From Octopus bimaculoides (taxonomy: Eukaryota), in contig NC_068986.1 in assembly GCF_001194135.2 (NCBI RefSeq), forward strand, positions 82,304,446-82,341,373: a stretch of 36,928 nucleotides of DNA, written 5' to 3'. Below are positions 33,596-36,928 of this stretch, piece after piece (position 1 is the stretch's first letter; every line of letters starts with the position of its first letter). Position numbers and translations under genes: made by a program. The notes beneath the pieces are model-generated. The model had not been told where the DNA came from, did no database searches, and saw only the letters and a program-made list of their open reading frames with translations.

Positions 33596-34825
33596 GCCAT
33601 TATACATCTCCTGGCATGTATTTTTGCAAATATAGACCGAAACAAAGACCACTTTAGTAATGTTGTTACAAAGTTATGTGGTTCACGCCCCACCGCCTCC
33701 CCACTCTGTTTTGCCGTCTGTTTACATCCTCTTTCTATAAAGTTCATATTTAATGGCCAGAAATGTGTTATATTGAATAATCCTAGCTTGATGAAGATTT
33801 ATGGCAGTGGTACATTCACAGAAGAAATAGCATGACCTGAAAGCAACTTAATCACGTGACATCGGAATGGAATTTAGTAGGAGCCAGAGGTGATATTTTG
33901 CGATAAATCAACGAAGTGCTACAAAAACAGACAGTTGTTGCAGTTAATAGCTCCTCAGACATCTTGTTTATGACGAAAATTACTAAATGCCAGAGAACAG
34001 ACGGGGAATTTTATTTTAATGGCTTCATCAAGGGGAGATGCGCAGTGCCCTTGACCCTTTTAAGGGCCATCGTGACTGGTAGTTAGAAAGGAGGAAGTTA
34101 TCGCCAGCGAGGACACCTGCCCCGAATATTTTCAATAGCGTGGACTCCCCTAAAGGCAACCCATGCGGCAATGTTTCAGCAGGTCATAAATTATGTCTCC
34201 AAACTTTGATCTAGGATAATGATCAGGCACAATTTAATTAAGTTTACTGCACCATACTCGGGAAAATGATAATTACAGCTTTCCTTTAACATCAAGACTG
34301 TGTCCTACAATGCACCGAGTATATGATACGCTGTCTGTACTAATAATAGTAGTATTAGTACAATATATTGACTGTAGAGTTAATAGAAGAATTACTTTTG
34401 ATAACACTTGATAGGACATTTGAGGTAATTATCTCCACTGAGACCAGAGACTTAAAGATATAAACTTTAATAGATATAAGGAAATATTTTACAGATATTG
34501 TTACATCTGTAAACTTTAACAGATATAGTGACATTGCGAAACTGTAACAGATATAGAGACAACCAGAAAATTGGATGGAAACTGGAAACTTTATCTGAGA
34601 AAGAAACAAGAGAGCAAGAACCAGTTAAGAGGTACCAATAAATATATTTAATAAGCGGGTGAAGATGGCGGAAAATTTTGTTTTACAAGTTAGTAAAGAC
34701 ACTGGACAGCCTATTGATATTTTACGTGTTCACATATCTACATACATCTAAGTTAATTTAAACTTGCATGAAAAAGTATTGTTCGTATTGATATAAAACC
34801 AAATGAGAGAATGAGAGAGCTTCTA

Positions 34826-34985
34826 CATGGTCGTTCGACCTACTGGATATAGCAACTAAATTTCCTTGGTTTACATCCTACTGTCTCTGGAATAAGCTTT
34901 ACCTAAAAAAAATGAAGTGTCGATCACCTCTGGAATGTTTCGGAACATAGGTATACTCGAACAGGGCGGCTTTCGAGCTGAAATG
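34826..34985 (+). mobile_element. Family D copy
   Basis: CATGGTCGTTCGACCTACTGGATATAGCAACTAAATTTCC...ATCCTACTGTCT...GATCACCTCTGGAATG...CATAGGTATACTCGAACAGGGC. Confidence 0.55.
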
Positions 34986-35979
34986 TCAAAAACATAAAAG
35001 AAAGAAAGCATAAGTAGAATGTGAAGTTGAATGTAAAGTGTTGCTAGTTTTGGTGTAGAAATCACAGTTTACAGGTTATGTTTATCTAACATGATTTAGC
35101 TATACACAACCACAAGAAAATATTCTACGACACCGCTGTGTTTTACAAAGAAAGAAAGGGACATTATAAATTAGCAGTCCTCGCGTACATCAGATCTGTA
35201 AAGCATCATGATTTTGTAAAACTATTATATAATGAAATGTGAATTAAAACTAAGATCGCTCCTGGATAACAGCTTATAAGGGTCCCGTCTTTTCGACACA
35301 AAAATATTGAGGTGAAAAGTCCGAAGTTAAACTTCTGTCGTGTAGTTTATATATAGAGAGATTTATATAGAGAGAGATTTCCCTCCATTTACATATCCTT
35401 AGACTCCATGTGCCGTACAAACAATGATTCATAAATACTTTCTCCTCATACATATAATGTCCCCCACTAATTGACTTCCTTTCCTTTCATTTTCAGTAAC
35501 CCTTAAAAAGAATTCTCTTCATACACAGTGACCCTTAAACAGACATCCCTCCCAATTCGTACTTTGACCCTTATTGTTAATCTTCACACCCTATACATAC
35601 AGTGATCTTCAAATAGAGACTTTTCTCCTTCTACATACCGTGTCACTTACCGATAGATTTCTCTTCTTCCCCACATAGCGACTCTTAAAGGGACCCCCAT
35701 CCTGATATATAAAGTGTCCTTTAATGTTAATCTTCCCTACCTCAACCGGAACTATGTGTATACTATCCTTACATTCCCCATCACCACCATCACCACTCAT
35801 ACCATTCTGTCATCCACAGAGTGTCTTATCCATTCAGTGACCTTCGCCTGTGTCCTTCTGATCACCCACCCTCAAAGTCATTCATACTTTTCCTACCGCG
35901 ACACTCAATCACTCTTTCTGAGATCATTGAAGCAAGCTACTCAATACAATCTGGCAAAAACAAAAAACAAAAACAAAAA

Positions 35980-36160
35980 AAAATAGCTGTTAATTTTCCC
36001 TCAAATCGATCTCTATTCTCTTGTGAAAACAATTCACACATTGATTGACGTTATGTAGCTCAGTACAACTGAATAAAAGAAGGGATGGTCATGACTGGAA
36101 CACCTTTGTTCTATAATCTACTCAAGCAAAGTTGGCTCGAGACTAAAGCAACAACTCTTC
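35980..36160 (+). mobile_element. Family D copy
   Basis: AAATAGCTGTTAATTTTCCCTCAAATC...CACACATTG...GGGATGGTCATGACTGGAACACCTTTG...GACTAAAGCAACAAC. Confidence 0.6.
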
Positions 36161-36235
36161 TTTCTATTTAATTCGACTTTCTTTATATTCCTAATCTTGT
36201 TGTTGTTGATTAAATTGCAATATGACATTGGGAAT

Positions 36236-36813
36236 CATCATCATCATCATCATCATGTTGTTGTCGTCATCGTCGTCGTCGTCGTCGTCGTTGTTGTTGT
36301 TGTTGTTGTTGTTCTTGTATTATCTACAGCTGTAGCAGTTTATCATTTTTTCACTTTTGCTATTATATTTTCTCTGACATTTAGTTGTAGCGTCTGTGAT
36401 TAATGTCTCCACTGTTGTTGTTGTTGTTGCTCTTCTTGTTAATGGTATTAATGTTGTTGTTGATGTTGATGTCATAGTTATTGCTTTTATTGTTGTTGTT
36501 GCTGTTGTTGTTGTTGTAGCTTGTTACTATTAGTGTTGTTCGTATTAAAGGAGGGCATTTTCAGTGTCTGGGGTGACGGCGTTGACGATAATAATGATGA
36601 TGATGATGCCAACGAGGACGAAGACGACGAAGACGACGACGACAACGACGATATGGGTGACGATGATGACGATGATGATGATGATGATGACGATGGCGGC
36701 CATAATTTTACTTTCTTTCTTACTAACATCCGCCCCTTCCTTATCTTCTGATACGTTTATTTTAGAATTCACTGAGTGTCAACAACAAATACAGGATCAA
36801 CGAAAACTGACGT

Positions 36814-36910
<97 letters not shown>

Positions 36911-36911
36911 A
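36236..36911. repeat. Trinucleotide microsatellite cluster: (CAT)(CGT)(TGT), (GAT/GAC), (CTA)(CTG)
   Basis: Direct reading. Similar tracts occur at 4535-4612, 9053-9200, 9384-9605, 9868-9957, 18545-18790, 26160-26258, 26716-26820 and 33046-33080. Confidence 0.95.
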
Positions 36912-36928
36912 GCTAACGCCGCTTCGCT

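Noticed and set aside
4506-36772. Poly-S/L/V/T/Q/D and (VC)/(HT)/(YI) ORFs
   Set aside because: They are direct translations of di-, tri- and tetranucleotide repeats, with no domain or splice support.

Overview
This is AT-rich, microsatellite-saturated animal genomic DNA with many assembly gaps. The repeat landscape looks like a coleoid cephalopod, probably Octopus (inference). I find no supportable host protein-coding exon, tRNA/rRNA gene or CRISPR array; almost all supplied ORFs are microsatellite or N-gap artefacts. The window is mostly decayed mobile elements. (1) Penelope-like (PLE) remnants on the minus strand: an RT fragment with YCDD, a GIY-YIG fragment, a 3' UTR and an inverted copy of the 3' terminus. 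(2) A ~650-bp near-perfect foldback palindrome. (3) Three tRNA-headed SINE families and one older (AAC)n-tailed dispersed repeat. (4) Two hAT non-autonomous elements with 8-bp TSDs, one carrying a nested SINE. (5) An internally deleted DD37D (maT) Tc1/mariner element. (6) A CR1-like LINE fragment and two probable RLE-type LINE fragments. The best leads are the structured, possibly hammerhead-related motif in the PLE termini, the foldback element, a minisatellite of tandem Pol III A-box matches fused to a SINE head, and one SINE head carrying four different 3' modules. All translations and alignments were done by eye and need computational confirmation.
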